The notes beneath the pieces are model-generated. The model was not told where the DNA came from, made no database searches, and saw only the letters and a program-made list of their open reading frames with translations. Shown piece by piece: positions 12,585-24,865 of a stretch of DNA of 64,000 nucleotides. The stretch is from Squalus acanthias (taxonomy: Eukaryota). Position numbers and translations under genes: made by a program. The DNA lies in the NCBI GenBank assembly GCA_030390025.1, contig CM059431.1, positions 96,102,001-96,166,000 of the forward strand, given 5' to 3'. The stretch's first letter is position 1; every line of letters begins with the position of its first letter.

Positions 12585-13985
12585 GGGAGCAGGGGACTGG
12601 GTTCCAGAGACAAGGAAGGAGGAGACAGGGCTCCAGAGAGAAGGGAGCAGGAGACCGGGCTCCAGAGAGAAAGGAGCACGAGACTGGGTTCCAGAGAGAA
12701 GGGAGCAGGTGTCCATGCACCAGAGAGAAGGGAGCAGGAGACTGGGCTCCAGAGACAAGGGAGCAGGAGACCGGGCTCCAGAGAGAAGGGAGCAGGAGAC
12801 TGGGCTCCAGAGAGAAGGCAGCAGGTGACTGGGCTCCAGATACAAGAAGGCAGGAGACTGGGCTCCAGAGAGAAGGGAGCAGGAGACTGAGATCCAGAGA
12901 GAAGCCAGCAGGAGACTGGGCTCCAGAGAGAAGGGAGCAGGAGTCCGTGCACCAGAGAAAAGGGAGCAGGAGTCCGTGCACCAGAGAGAAGGGAGCAGGA
13001 GACTGGGCTCCAGAGAGAAGGGAGCAGGAGACTGAGCTCCAGAGAGAAGGGAGCAGGAGACTGGGCACCAGAGAGAAGGGAGCAGGAGACTGAGCTCCAG
13101 AGAGAAGGGAGCAGGAGACTGGGCTCCAGAGGGAAGGGAGCAGGAGACTGGGCTCCAGATAAAAGGGATTAGGAGACTGGGCTCCAGAGGGAAGGGAGCA
13201 GGAGACTGGGCTCCAGAGGGAATGGAGCAGGAGACTGGGCTCCAGAGACAAGAAGGCAGGAGACTGGGCACCAGAGAGAAGGGAGCAGGAGACTGGGCTC
13301 CAGAGAGAAGGGAGCAGGAGACTGGGCTCCAGAGACAAGAAGGCAGGAGACTGGGCTCCAGAGAGAAGGGAGCAGGAGACTGGGCTCCAGAGTGAAGGGA
13401 GCAGGAGACTGGGCTCCAGAGACAAGAAGGCAGGAGACTGGGCTCCAGAGAGAAGGGAGCAGGAGACTGGGCTCCAGAGAGAAGGGAGCAGGAGACTGGG
13501 CTCCAGAGAGAAGGGAGCAGGAGACTGGGCTCCAGAGACAAGGGAGCAGGAGACTGGGCTCCAGAGACAAGGGAGCAGGAGACTGGGCTCCAGAGACAAG
13601 GAAGCAGGAGACTGGGCTCCAGAGACAAGGGAGCAGGAGACTGGGCTCCAGAGAGAAGGAAGCAGGAGACTGGGCTCCAGAGAGAAGGGAGCAGGAGACT
13701 GGGCTCCAGAGAGAAGGAAGCAGGAGGCTGGGCTCCAGAGAGAAGGAAGCAGGAGACTGCGCGCCAGACACAAGGAAGCAGGACACTGGGCACCTGAGAG
13801 AAGGAATTAGGAGACTGGGCTCCAGAGGGAAGGGAGCAGGAGACTGGGCTCCAGAGGGAATGGAGCAGGAGACTGGGCTCCAGAGAGAAGGGAGCAGGAG
13901 ACTGGGCACCAGAGAGAAGGGAGCAGGAGACTGGGCTCCAGAGAGAAGGGAGCAGGAGACTGGGCTCCAGAGACAAGAAGCAAGA
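12585..13985 (+). repeat. Terminal 29-bp minisatellite block (~48 copies)
   Basis: Starts like the other post-A blocks, then the variant order diverges; the array ends here. Confidence 0.95.
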
Positions 13986-13994
13986 AGAGGGGAG

Positions 13995-14270
13995 AGGGGT
14001 CTGGGTCTAAAAGCCGACAAATCCCCTTGATCTGATGGCCTGCATCCTAGGGTTCTAAAAGAGGTGGCTGCAGAGATAGTAGTGATAATTGTGATTTTCC
14101 AAAATTCCATAGATTCAAAAACGGTCCCAGTGGATTGGAAGGTAGCAAATGTCACCCCGCTATTCAAGAAAGAAGGGAGAGAGAAAACAGTTAGCCTGAC
14201 ATCAGTCGTCGGGAAATTGCTGGAATCCATTATTAAGGAAGTGGTAACTGGGCACTTAGAAAATTATAAT
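13995..14270 (+). mobile_element. CR1 ORF2 fragment
   Basis: GLKADKSP*SDGLHPRVLKEVAAEI...VSLTSVVGKLLESII. Confidence 0.85.
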
Positions 14271-14307
14271 GGGCTGTATTTTCCGATCGGAGGCTTCCCG
14301 CGTTCCC

Positions 14308-16365
14308 GAAGGCCGATTTTAACAGGATAAGGCAGGATCTGGCCAAAATTGACTGGGATCAGCTGCTTGTAGGAAAATCCGCATCGGAGCAATGGGATTC
14401 TTTCAGAAGGGAGATTGAGATCATACAATGGCAGCATGTTCCCGTAAAGGTCAAGGGTGGTTCCAAAAACCCCAGGGAACCTTGGATGTCAGGGGATATA
14501 CGAGAATGGATCAGGAAAAAAAGGAGGGCTTTGGCAGATACAAAATGCAAAAGACGGAGGAAGCCCTAGAGGAGTACAAAAAGTGCAGGGGGATACTTAA
14601 AAAATAAATTAGGAGATCAAGGAGGGGCCATGAAATAACACTGGCGAGCAAAATAAAGGAAAATCCTAAGATGTTTTATAAGTATATTAAGGGTAAGAGG
14701 ATAACTAGGGAAAAAATAGGGCCCATTAGGGACAAAAGTGGCAATCAGTGTATGGAGCCGGAAGATGTAGGTGGGGTTCTAAATGAATTTTTTGCATCTG
14801 TTTTCACTATGGAGAAGGACGATGCAGACATAAAATTAGGGCAGGGGGACTGTGATATACTCGAACATTTTAACATCGAGAGGGAGGAGGTATTGGCGGT
14901 TTTAGCAGGTCTAAAAATGGATAAATCCCCAGGTCCGGACGGAATGTATCCCAGGCTGCTGTGTGAGGCAAAGGAGGAGATTGCGGGGGCTCTAACACAT
15001 ATATTCAGAACCTCTCTGGCCACAGGGGATGTGCCAGAGGACTGGAGAACCGCTAATGTAGTACCATTATTCAAGAAAGGGAGTAGGGAAAAACCGGGGA
15101 ACTACAGGCCAGTGAGCCTAACATCAGTGGTAGGAAAATTATTGGAAAAAATTCTGAGGACAAAATTAGTCTCCACTTGGAGAGGCAAGGATTAATCATG
15201 GTTAGCCAACATGGCTTTGTCAAGGGAAGATCATGTCTGACTAATTTGATTGAATTTTTTGAGGGGTTGACTAGGTGTGTGGATGAGGGTAACGCAGTGG
15301 ATGTGGTATACATGGATTTCAGTAAGGCCATCGATAAAGTTCCGCACAGGAGACTGGTCAAGAAGGTAAGAGCCCATGGAATCCAGGGTGCCTTGGCACA
15401 TTGGATACAAAACTGGCTCAGTGGCAGAAGGCAGAGGGTGATGGTCGAAGGTTGTTTTTGTGACTGGAAGCCTGTGGCCAGTGGGGTACCACAGGGATCG
15501 GTGCTGGGTCCCTTGCTGTTTGTGGTCTACATTAACGACTTGGATATGAATGTAAAAGGTATGATCAGTAAGTTCGCAGACGATACAAAAATTGGTAGGG
15601 TGGTAAATAGCGAGGAGGGTAGCCTCAGTCTGCAGGACGATATAGATGGGTTGGTCAGATGGGCGGAACAGTGGCAAATGGAATTTAATCCGTAAAAGTG
15701 TGAGGTGATGCACTTTGGAGGGACTAACAAGGCAAGGGAATACACAATGAATGGTAAGACCCTAGGCAAGACGGAGGGTCAGAGGGATCTTGGTGTGCAA
15801 CTACACAGATCCCTGAAGGCGGCGGAACAGGTGGATAAGGTGGTAAAAAAGGCATATGGGATACTTGCATTCATTAGCCGAGGCATAGAATATAAGAGCA
15901 AGGAGGTTATGATGGAGCTGTATAAAACACTGGTTAGGCCACATCTGGGATACTGTGTGCAGTTCTGGTCGCCACACTACAGGAAGGATGTGATCGCTTT
16001 GGAGAGGGTGCAGAGGAGATTCACCAGAATGTTACATGGGCTGGAGTGCTTCAGCTATGAAGAGAGACTGGGCAGATTGGGTTTGTTTTCCTTGGAGCAG
16101 AGGAGGCTGAGGGGGGACATGATTGAGGTGTACAAAATTATGTGTGGCATAGATAGGATGGATACTAAGGAGCTTTTTCCCTTAGTAGAGGGGTCTATAA
16201 CAAGGGGGCATAGATTCAAGGTAAAGGGCGGGAGGTTTAGAAGGGATTTGAGAAAGAACTTTTTCACCCAGAGGGTGGTTGGAATCTGGAACTCACTGCC
16301 TGAATGGGTTGTGGAGGCAGGAACCCTCACAACATTCAAGAAGCATTTGGATGAGCACTTGAAAT
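14308..16365 (+). mobile_element. CR1 ORF2 fragment (different subfamily), frameshifted
   Basis: ORFs 14671-15195, 15177-15695 ([12 protein letters not shown]) and 15705-16379. Confidence 0.92.
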
Positions 16366-17680
16366 GTAAACTCCAATGAGTAAAGTCCCAACCTGCTCAA
16401 CCTTTTTTCATAAGACAACCCCTTCATCTCAGGAATCAGCCTAGTAAACCTTCTCTGAACTGCCTCCAATGCAAGTCAACCCCCTCATCTCAGGTTGATT
16501 CCTGTGATGAGGGGGTTGACTTATGAAGAAATGTTGAGCAGGTTGGGCCTATACTCATTGGAATTTAGAAGAATGAGAGGTGATCTTATTGAAACATATA
16601 AGATACTGAGGGGGCTCGACAAGGTAGATGCAGAGAGGATGTTTCCCCTCGTGGGGAAATCTAGAACTCGGGGGCATAGTTCAGAATAAAGGGTCGCCCT
16701 TTTAGAACTGAGATGAGGAGGAATTTCTTCTCTCAGAGGGTCGTAAATCTGTGGAATTCTCTGCCCCAGAGAGCCGTGGAGGCTGGGTCATTAAATACAT
16801 TTAAGGTGGAGATAGACAGATTTTTGCAGGATAAGGGAGTGAAGGGTGATGGGGAGCGGGCAGGGAAGTGGCTTTGAGTCTAAGATCAGCCATGATCTTA
16901 TTGAATGGCGGAGCAGGCTCGAGGTGCCAAGTGGCCTATTCCTGCTCCTATTTCTTATGTTCTTATGTTCTTATCCCTCCTTAAATAAGGAGACTAAAAC
17001 TGCACACAGTACTCCAGATGTGGTCTCACCAGCACCCTGTACAGTTGTAGCAAGACTTCCCTACTTTAATACTCCATCCTCCTTGCAATAAGGGCCAACA
17101 TTCCATTTGCCTTCCATTTACTTGCTGTACCTGCATGCTAACCTTTTGTGTTTAAAGTACGAGGACCCCCAGATCCCTCTGTACCACAGCATTTTGTAGT
17201 CTCTCTCCATTTTAATAATAATTTGCTTTTTTATTCTTCCTACCAAAGTGGATAACCTCACATTTTCCCACATTATACTCCAGCTGCCAAATTTTTGCCC
17301 ACTCACTTAACCCATCTATATCCCTTTACAGACTCTTTGTATCCTCCTCACAACTTGCATTCCCACCTATCTTTGTATCGTCAGCAAATTTAGCTACAGT
17401 ACACTCGGTCCCTTCATCCAAGTCATTAATATAGATACAATAGCAAAATACTGTGGATGCTGGAAATCTAAAGTAACAACAGAAAATGCTGGAAACACTC
17501 AGCAGGTCAGGCAGCATTGAGGAGAGAAAAACAGAGTTAACATTTCGAGTTGGGGACCCTTCGTCAGAACTGTTCTGACGAAGGGTCCCCGACTCGAACC
17601 GTTGACTCTGTTTCTCTCTCCTCGATGCTGCCTGACCTGCTGAGTGTTTCCAGCATTTTCTGTTATCATTAATATAGATG
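16366..17680 (-). mobile_element. CR1 RT fragment interrupted by a plus-strand CR1 3' end (16495-16971) and a Penelope palindrome (17437-17665)
   Basis: YINDLDEGTECTVAKFADDTKIGG on the minus strand; the inner CR1 ends in (CTTATGTT)n at ~16971. Confidence 0.85.
17437..17665 (-). mobile_element. Penelope family-A terminal fold-back insertion with hammerhead motif
   Basis: Arms 17478-17570 / 17572-17664; 14-bp TSD TCATTAATATAGAT (17423-17436, 17666-17679); matches the 3' end of the Penelope at 40830-40970. Confidence 0.88.
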
Positions 17681-17849
17681 TCATGTTCAAAAATATTTTG
17701 AATTATTCGTGAAACATCTTTCTCTTTTGTTGGGCTGGATAAGATATTTAAGAATTACTAATAAAGGCAGCATGCTTATAGACCTCAGATGGACTTTCTC
17801 CATATTTATAAAATATATAATACATTTTTTAGATAGAGGGCATTTATCA

Positions 17850-18420
17850 CGCCATTTGGAAGAAATGGATTACTTCTGAGGTGCAGTCATTGTTGTTATG
17901 TAGGCAAACGTGGCAGCCACATTGCACACAGCAAGGTCTCACAGAGAATAGTGAGATGAGTAATTATTACATAGAATGTTTATACCTAGATCCCTTTGCT
18001 CCTCTACCCCATTTAGACTCTTATTTTCTAAGGAATATGTAGCTTCCTTGTTCTTCCTAGCAAAACGTCCCACCTCACACTTAGCTATATTGAAATTAAT
18101 TCGCCAATTACACGTCCATTCTGCAAGTTTATTAATGCCTTCTTCTAAGTCAATCTGTTTTTGGTTAAGGGAAGAATGTTGGCCAGGATATTGGAAGAAC
18201 TCCTTACCCTACTTGGAATAGTGCCATGGGATCATTAACATCCACGAGAACAAGCAGAAAAGGCCTTAGTTTAACTTCTCATCCAAAAGATGCCACCTTC
18301 GACAGTTTAGCACTCAGTCAGTACTGAACTGTAGTGGCAGCCTAGATTATGAGCTCAAATCCTGTAGTGGGACTCACAACATTCTCAGAGACAAAAGAGC
18401 GACTGATTGACTTAAATTGA
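17850..18420 (-). mobile_element. Degenerate Deu-domain SINE (SacSINE/AmnSINE-like) with an internal CR1 piece
   Basis: Reverse complement resembles 50140-50320 (GTGCTGCACTGTC...GATGA.A.GTTAAAC.AGGCC) and 61945-62185. Confidence 0.55.
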
Positions 18421-18469
18421 CACAATAGTGTAGTGCTTATGGCACTTGACTACCCCCCACCCCCACTGC

Positions 18470-18740
18470 AAGTTATAAAATTAAACTCCAGAAATCTGGT
18501 AATTTGTGGGCTAATGGGCAGATTCACGAATGGCGCAGAAAAAATGATCATGAAGCTGTTTGATTGTCATAAGAACTCAACTGGTTCACTCAATGCCGTC
18601 AGGGAAGGGAACCTGCCACCCCTACCTAGTCCAGTCCACACGTGACTCCAACCCCACACTATGTGGTTGTCTCTGAAGTGGCCTAGCAGGCCATTCAATT
18701 ACTAGAAGAAGGGTGTGGGCAATAAATATGTCTTAGCGTT
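18470..18740 (+). mobile_element. Old SINE fragment with a conserved central domain (Meta-domain-like)
   Basis: CTGGTTCACTCAATGCCGTCAGGGAAGGGAACCTGCCACCCCTACC...GTGACTCCA; tail GGGCAATAAAT also seen in the LINE tail near 19045-19110. Family name from recall. Confidence 0.45.
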
Positions 18741-18804
18741 GATGTGCAGGAATTTCATTTAATTTCACTCAGGTCATAAAATCATTACAGATAAACACAG
18801 AATC

Positions 18805-21800
18805 ATACAATCTTAGAATCATACAGCACAGAAGGAGGCTGTTCGGCCCATCATGCCTATGCCGGCTCTCTAAAAGAGCTACCATTTACATAGGACATAC
18901 AGCACAGAAACAGGCCATTTGACCCAACCAGTCCATGACAGGCGTTTATGCTCCACTTCAGCATCCTCCCATCTTTTCTCATCTATCAACGTAACCTTCT
19001 ATTCCCTTCTCCCTCATATGCTTCTCTAGCCTCCCCTTAAATTTTTTTTATTCGTTCCAGGTTATGGATGTCGCTGGCAAAGCCAGCATTTATTGCCCAT
19101 CCCTAATTGCTCTTGAGAAGGTGGTGGTGATCCGCCTTCTTGAACCGCTGCAGTCCGTGTGGTGAAGGTACTCCCACAGTGCTGTTAGGGAGGGAGTTCC
19201 AGGAGTTAAGTTTCTGGCCAATGGTGACCCCCAGGATGTTGATGGTAGGGGATTCGGCAATGGTAATGCCGTTGAATGTCAAGGGGCGGTGGTTCGATGC
19301 TGTCTTGTTGGAGATAGTCATTGCCTGGCGCTTGTATGGCGCGAATGTTATTTGCCACTTATATATATACTATTCGTTTCAACCACTCCCTCTGGTTTCA
19401 AGTTCCACATTCTCACCACTCTCTGGGTAAAGAGGTTTCTTCTGAATTCCGTATTTGATTTCTTGCTGACTATCTTATATTGATGGCCTCCAGTTTTGCT
19501 CTTCCCCACAAGTGGAAACTATTCTATCAAAACTTTTCATAATTTTAAAGACCTCTATTAGGTCACCTCTCAGCCTTCTCTGTTCAAGAGAAAGGAGACC
19601 CAGCCTGTTCATCCTTTCCTGATAGGTGTACCCTCGCATTTCTGGTACCATCCTTGTAAATCTTTTTTGCACCCTCTCCAGTGCCTCTATATCCTTTTTA
19701 TAATATGGCAACCAGAATTGTAGGCAGTACTCCAAGTGTGGTCTAGAATCATAGAATGGTTACAGCACAGGAGGAGGCCATGATTTTGAACACCTCTGTC
19801 AATACTCCTCTCAACCTTCTCTGCTCTAAGGAAAACAACCCCAGCTTCTCCAGTCTATCCACGTAACTGAAGTCCCTCATCCTGGAACCATTCTTGTAAA
19901 TCTTTTCTGCACCCTCTCTAAGGCCTTCATTGGACACAATACTCCAGTTAAGGTCGGACCAGTATTTTATGCAGGTTCACCATAACCTCCTTGCTTTTGT
20001 ACTCTATGCCTCTATTTACAAAGCCCAGGATCCCGTTTGCTTTTTAAACCACTTTTTCAACCTGCCCTGCCACCTGCAATGATTTGTGCACTTATACCCC
20101 CAGGTCTCTCTGTTCATGCACCTACTTTAGAATTGTACCCTTTAGTTTGCATTGTCTCTCCTCATTCTTCCCTACCAAAATGTATCACTTCGCACATTTC
20201 TGCGTTAAATTTCATCTGCCACGTGTCCGTCTATTCCATGCCTATTCCCTCTTGAAGTCTATCACTATCTTCCTCACTGTTCACTATACTTCCAAGTTTT
20301 GTCTCATCTGCAAATTTTAAAATTGTACATCCAAATCCAAGTCATTAATATATATCAAGAAAAGCAATGGTCCTAGTACTGACCCCTGGGGAGCACCACT
20401 GTGTACCTTCCTCCAGTCCGGAAAACAACCATTTACCACTACACTTTGTTTCCTGTTGCTTAGCCAATTTCATTTCCATGCTGCCCCTGTCCCTTTTATT
20501 CCATGGGCTTCAACTTTGCTGGCAAGCCTATTATGTGGCACTTTATCAAACGCCTTTTGGAAGTGCATGTACACCACATCAACCGCATTGCCATCATCAA
20601 CGCTCTCTGTTACCTCATCAAAAATCTCAATCTAGTTAGTAAAACACGATTTGCCTTTGACAAATCCATGCTGGCTTTCCTTAAATAATGCAAACATGTC
20701 CAAGTGGCTGTTAATTTTGTCCCGGATTATTGTTTCTAAAAGCTTCCCCACTACCGTGGTTAAGTTGACTGGCCTGTAGTCGCTGGGTTTATCCTTACAC
20801 CCTTTTTTGAACAAGGGTGTACCATTGGTAGTTCTCCAGTTCCCCCATATCTGAGGAGGATTGGAAGATTATGGGCAGTACCTCTGCAATTTCCACCTTT
20901 ACTTCCCTCAGCATCCTAGGATGCATCCCATCCGGTCCTGGTGACTTATCTACTTTAAGTACAGCCAGCCTTTCGAGTACCTCTTCTTTATCAATTTTTA
21001 TCCCATCTAGTATCTCAACTACCTCCACTTTCACTATGACTTTGGCAGCATCTTCTTCCTTGGTAAAGACAGATGCAAAGTACTCATTTAGTACCTCAGC
21101 CATGCCCTCTGCCTCCATGCGTAGGTCTCCTTTTTGGTCCCTCCTACTCTCTCTTTGCCCCTCTTATTTCCTTTTTACTTTCCCTCTGAACATTCTATAT
21201 TCAGCCTGATTCTCACTTGTATTCTCAACCTGACATCTGTCATACGCCCCCTTTTTCTGCTTCATCTTACTCTCTATCTCTTTCATCATCCAGGGAGCTC
21301 TGACTTTGGTTGCCTTACCTTTCCCCCTCGTGGGAATGTATGTCGACTGTACCCGAACCATCACCTCTTTAAAGGCAGCCCACTGTTCCATTACAGTTTT
21401 GCCTGGCAATCTTTGATTCCAATTTACCTGGGTCAGAACCATTCTCAACCCACTGAAATTGGCCTTCCTCCAATTAAATATTTTTACTCTAGATTGCTCC
21501 CTGTCCTTTTCCATAGGTAATCAAAACCTTATGATACTATGATCACTGATCCCTAAATGTTCCCCTACTGACAGTTGCTCCACTTGAACCATCTCATTCC
21601 CCAGAACCAGATCCAGTAATTCCTCCGTCCTCGTTGGGCCGGAAACGTACTGCTCAAAACAGTTCTCCTGAACACTCTTCAGAAATTCTTCCCCCTCTCT
21701 GCCCTTTACACTATTACTATCCCAGTCTTTATTAGGATAGTTGAAGTCCCCCATTATCACTACTCTACCAAGGTTCGATACAAGTTTAACATAACTTCCC

Positions 21801-22810
21801 TACTTTTCAATTCAATACTGCTAGAAATAAATCCTAGTGCTTGGTTTGCTTTTTTTATGGCCTTGTTGACCTGTGTAGCTACTTTTAGTGATTTGTGTAT
21901 TTGTACTCTGAGATCCCTTTGCTCTTCTACCCCATTTAGATTCGTATTTTCCAAGTAATATGTGACCTCCCTATTTTCTTATCAAAATGTAATACCTCAC
22001 ATTTATCTGTGTTGAATTTCATTTGCCAATTATATGCTCATTCTGCAAGTTTATTAATTAGTCCCACTTCCATGCTCTTTCCCTATAGCCATACAATTTT
22101 TTCTTTTTAAGTAGAAATCCAATTTCTCTTTTGAAAGTTACTATTGAATTTGCTTCCACCACCCTTTCAGGCAGTGCAATCCAGATCATAACAACTCGCT
22201 GAGTAAAAAAAGTTCTCCTCATTTCCCCCCTGGATTTTTTGCCAATAATTTTAAATTTGTGTCCTCTGGTTACCAATGCTCAAATTTTTATTTCATGCGC
22301 AATCCCTTTAACTGGCTGCGCAGCCCATTCAAATTTTCGTGCATGTGCGGTTTCTTCCATATAAAAGCCGAGGAGCGGCCTGCGCGGGACCTCCAGACCA
22401 TTGCATGGCCATGTGTCCACGCAGCTTAGTGGGAACATTGCTGGCTACCAACCCTCCTGCCAATTGAAACAGCTTCTCCCTAACTGCTCTATCAAACCCC
22501 TCATAATTTTGAACACCTCTATTAAACCTGGCCTTAACCTTCTCTGCTCTAAGTAGAACAATCCCAGCTTCTCTAGTCTCTCCAGATAACTGAATTCCCT
22601 CATCCTTGGTATCATTCTAGTGCATCTCCTCTGCACCCTCCAAGGCCTTGACATCCTTTCTAAAGTGTGGTGCCCAAAATTGGGCATAGTACTCCAGCTG
22701 AGGTCTAACCATTGATTCATAAAGGTTTAGCATTACTTCCTTGCTTTTAGACTCTATCTCTCAATTTATAAAGCGAAGGATCCCATATGCTTTTTTAACA
22801 GCTTTATGAA
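18805..22810 (-). mobile_element. Stack of nested, degenerate CR1 fragments (several 3' tails; RT and endonuclease pieces)
   Basis: ORFs 19475-19735, 20632-21760 (IMGDFNYP, DKSPGPDGMHPR) and 22445-22720; multiple ATCATAGA tails. Confidence 0.85.
22274..22440. mobile_element. hAT-type MITE (CAATGTTCCC family)
   Basis: CAATG...GGGAACATTG ends; 8-bp TSD CTGGTTAC/CTGGCTAC; body similar to 56702-56865. Confidence 0.7.
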
Positions 22811-22852
22811 CATTCTGAGAACAAATTTTAAATATTAAAATGAAATATTTGG

Positions 22853-22930
22853 AGTGAGCCTTGGCTCAGTGGTAGGATTCCCACTTCTGAGTCCGTAGGT
22901 TATAGGTTTGAGCCACACTCCAGACAGCCC
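22853..22930 (+). mobile_element. tRNA-derived SINE head (Pol III A/B boxes)
   Basis: TGGCTCAGTGG (A box) and GGTTTGAGCC (B-box-like); no cloverleaf. Confidence 0.5.
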
Positions 22931-23127
22931 TGGCAAACATAGACGAGGGTTCCGGTTTCTGAATACTGGGTTCAAGTCCAGGGGGGGACTCACCTCAGAT
23001 GGGAGTAGAGTGGCCATCCCCCACGCTTCTAGACAGTGCTCCTGGTAAGGGGTTGTGAGTCAGTCTAATAACCTGTCCATGCAAAAAGGGACTTAGTTAC
23101 AGAAAAAAAGCCAGAGCAGATCTGTTG

Positions 23128-24060
23128 GACGAATCATAGAATCATAGCATAGTACAGCACAGAAGGAGGACATTCAGCCCATCGAGTCTGTGCCGGCTCT
23201 TTCGAAGAGCATTCCAGTTAGTCCCTCCCCCCCTCGCTCTTTCTCCATATCTCTGCAATGTTTTCTCCTTCAAGTATTTATCCAATGCACGTTTGAAGAC
23301 TATTATTGACTCTGTATCCACTACCCTATCAGGCAGTGCATTCCAAATTCTAACCACTCACTGCGTAATTTTTTTTCCCTCATGTCGCGTCTGGTTCTTT
23401 TATCAATTAGCTTAAATCTGTGCCCTCTGGTTATCGACCCTTCAGCCATTGGAAACAGTTTCTCTTTATTTACTCTATCTAAACCCTTCATGATTTTAAA
23501 CAACTCTATCAAATCCCCTCTTAGCCTTCTCTGCTCCAAGGAGAATAATCCCAACTTCTCCAGTCTATCCACGTAACTGTATTCCCTCATCCCTGGAACC
23601 ATTCTAGTAAACCTCTTCTGTACCCTCTCCAAAGCCTTCACGTCCTTCCTAAAGTGTGGTGCCCAGAATTGGACACAATACTCCAGCTGGGGCCGAACTA
23701 GTCTTTATATAGGTTTAGCATAACTTACTGGCTTTTGCACTCTATGCCTCTATTTATAAAGCGGAGATGCCGGTGTTGGACTGGGGTGGACAAAATTGAG
23801 AGGTCGCACAACACCAGGTTATAGTCCAACAGTTTTATTTGAAATCACAAGCTTTTGGAGCTATCGATCGCCCCTTCCTGAGGAAGGGGCGATCGATAGC
23901 TCCGAAAGCTTGTGATTTCAAATAAAACTGTTGGGACTATAACCTGGTGTTGTGCGACCTCTCTATTTATAAAGCCCAGGATCCCATATGCATATTAACT
24001 GATTTGTTAGCCTGTCCAACCACCTTCAAAGATTTGTTCTCAAACACCCCCAGGTCTCTC
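23128..24060 (-). mobile_element. CR1 3' fragment containing a Penelope palindrome
   Basis: ORF 23321-23641 (LERVQKRFTRM, RRLRGDLIE); ATCATAGA tail. Confidence 0.88.
23763..23960. mobile_element. Penelope family-B terminal fold-back insertion with hammerhead core
   Basis: Palindrome centred on 23880; 15-bp TSD CTCTATTTATAAAGC (23748-23762, 23961-23975); CTGAGGA-A-GGGGC..GCTCC-GAAA-GCTT at 23878-23911. Confidence 0.85.
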
Positions 24061-24330
24061 TTCTTTAAAATCCTTTTAATATTTTAAACACCTCGATCTT
24101 CTTTATGCATGGGAATACAAGTCAAGTTTATGTAATCTGTCCTCCTAATTTAACCATTTTAGCTCCAGTATCATCTGTTGAATCTACGCTGCACCCCCTG
24201 CAAGGCCAATATATCCTTCCTGAGGTGCGGTGCTCAAAACTGAACACAGTACTCTAGGTGGGGTCTGACCAAGGCTCTGTCCAATTGAACTAGGTTGTCT
24301 CATGTGGCACTAGGCATGGAAGAGAAGAAG

Positions 24331-24865
24331 AAACATAGAAACATAGAAGATAGGAGCAGGAGTAGGCCATTCAGCCCCTCGAGCCTGCTCCGCCATTCAA
24401 TGAGATCATGGCTGATCATCCAAATTCAGTACCCTGTCCCTGCCTTCTCTCCATATCCCTTGATCCCTTTAGTTTTAAGAAATATATCTAACTCCTTCTT
24501 GAATATATTTAATGAATTGGCCTCTACTGCCTTCTGTGGTAGAGAATTCCACAGGTTCACCACTCTCTGGGTGAAGAAATTCCTCCTCATCTCAGTCCTA
24601 AATGGCTTACCCCTTATCCTTAGACTGTGACCCCTGGTTCTGGACTCCCCGACCATCGGGAACATCCTTCCTGCATCTAGTCTGTCTAGTCCTGTTAGAA
24701 TTTTATAAGTTTCAATGAGATCCCCTCTCATTCTTCTAAACTCCTGTGAGTATAAGCCCAATCGACCCAATCTCTCCTCATACGCCATTCCTGCCATCCC
24801 GGGTATCAGCCTGGTGAATCTTCGCTGCACTCCCTCCATGGCAAGAACATCCTTCCTCAGATAAG
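24331..24865 (-). mobile_element. CR1 3' fragment
   Basis: ORF 24426-24893; AAACATAG tail. Confidence 0.9.

Larger units (their letters stand above)
1..13985. repeat. Composite tandem array (macrosatellite): 29-bp minisatellite block + CR1 fragment + nested Tx1-like piece; five CR1 copies alternating A/B; left end runs off the window
   Basis: Near-identical 298-aa and 164-aa ORFs recur at 630, 3654, 5962, 8899 and 11149. Dimer periods of 5332, 5245 and 5187 bp differ by exact multiples of 29 (87 and 145). Confidence 0.97.

Noticed and set aside
1..13985. CRISPR array or retron/DGR-like 'RT + repeat' system
   Set aside because: The 29-mers are head-to-tail with no unique spacers, there are no cas genes, and the RT is a frameshifted vertebrate CR1 fragment.
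2014..14230. Long Ser/Leu/Pro-rich and Arg/Glu/Gly-rich ORFs (up to 465 aa)
   Set aside because: They are translations of a stop-free 29-bp repeat, open in several frames on both strands.
22853..22930. tRNA gene
   Set aside because: A/B boxes only, with no acceptor stem or cloverleaf; it is a SINE head.
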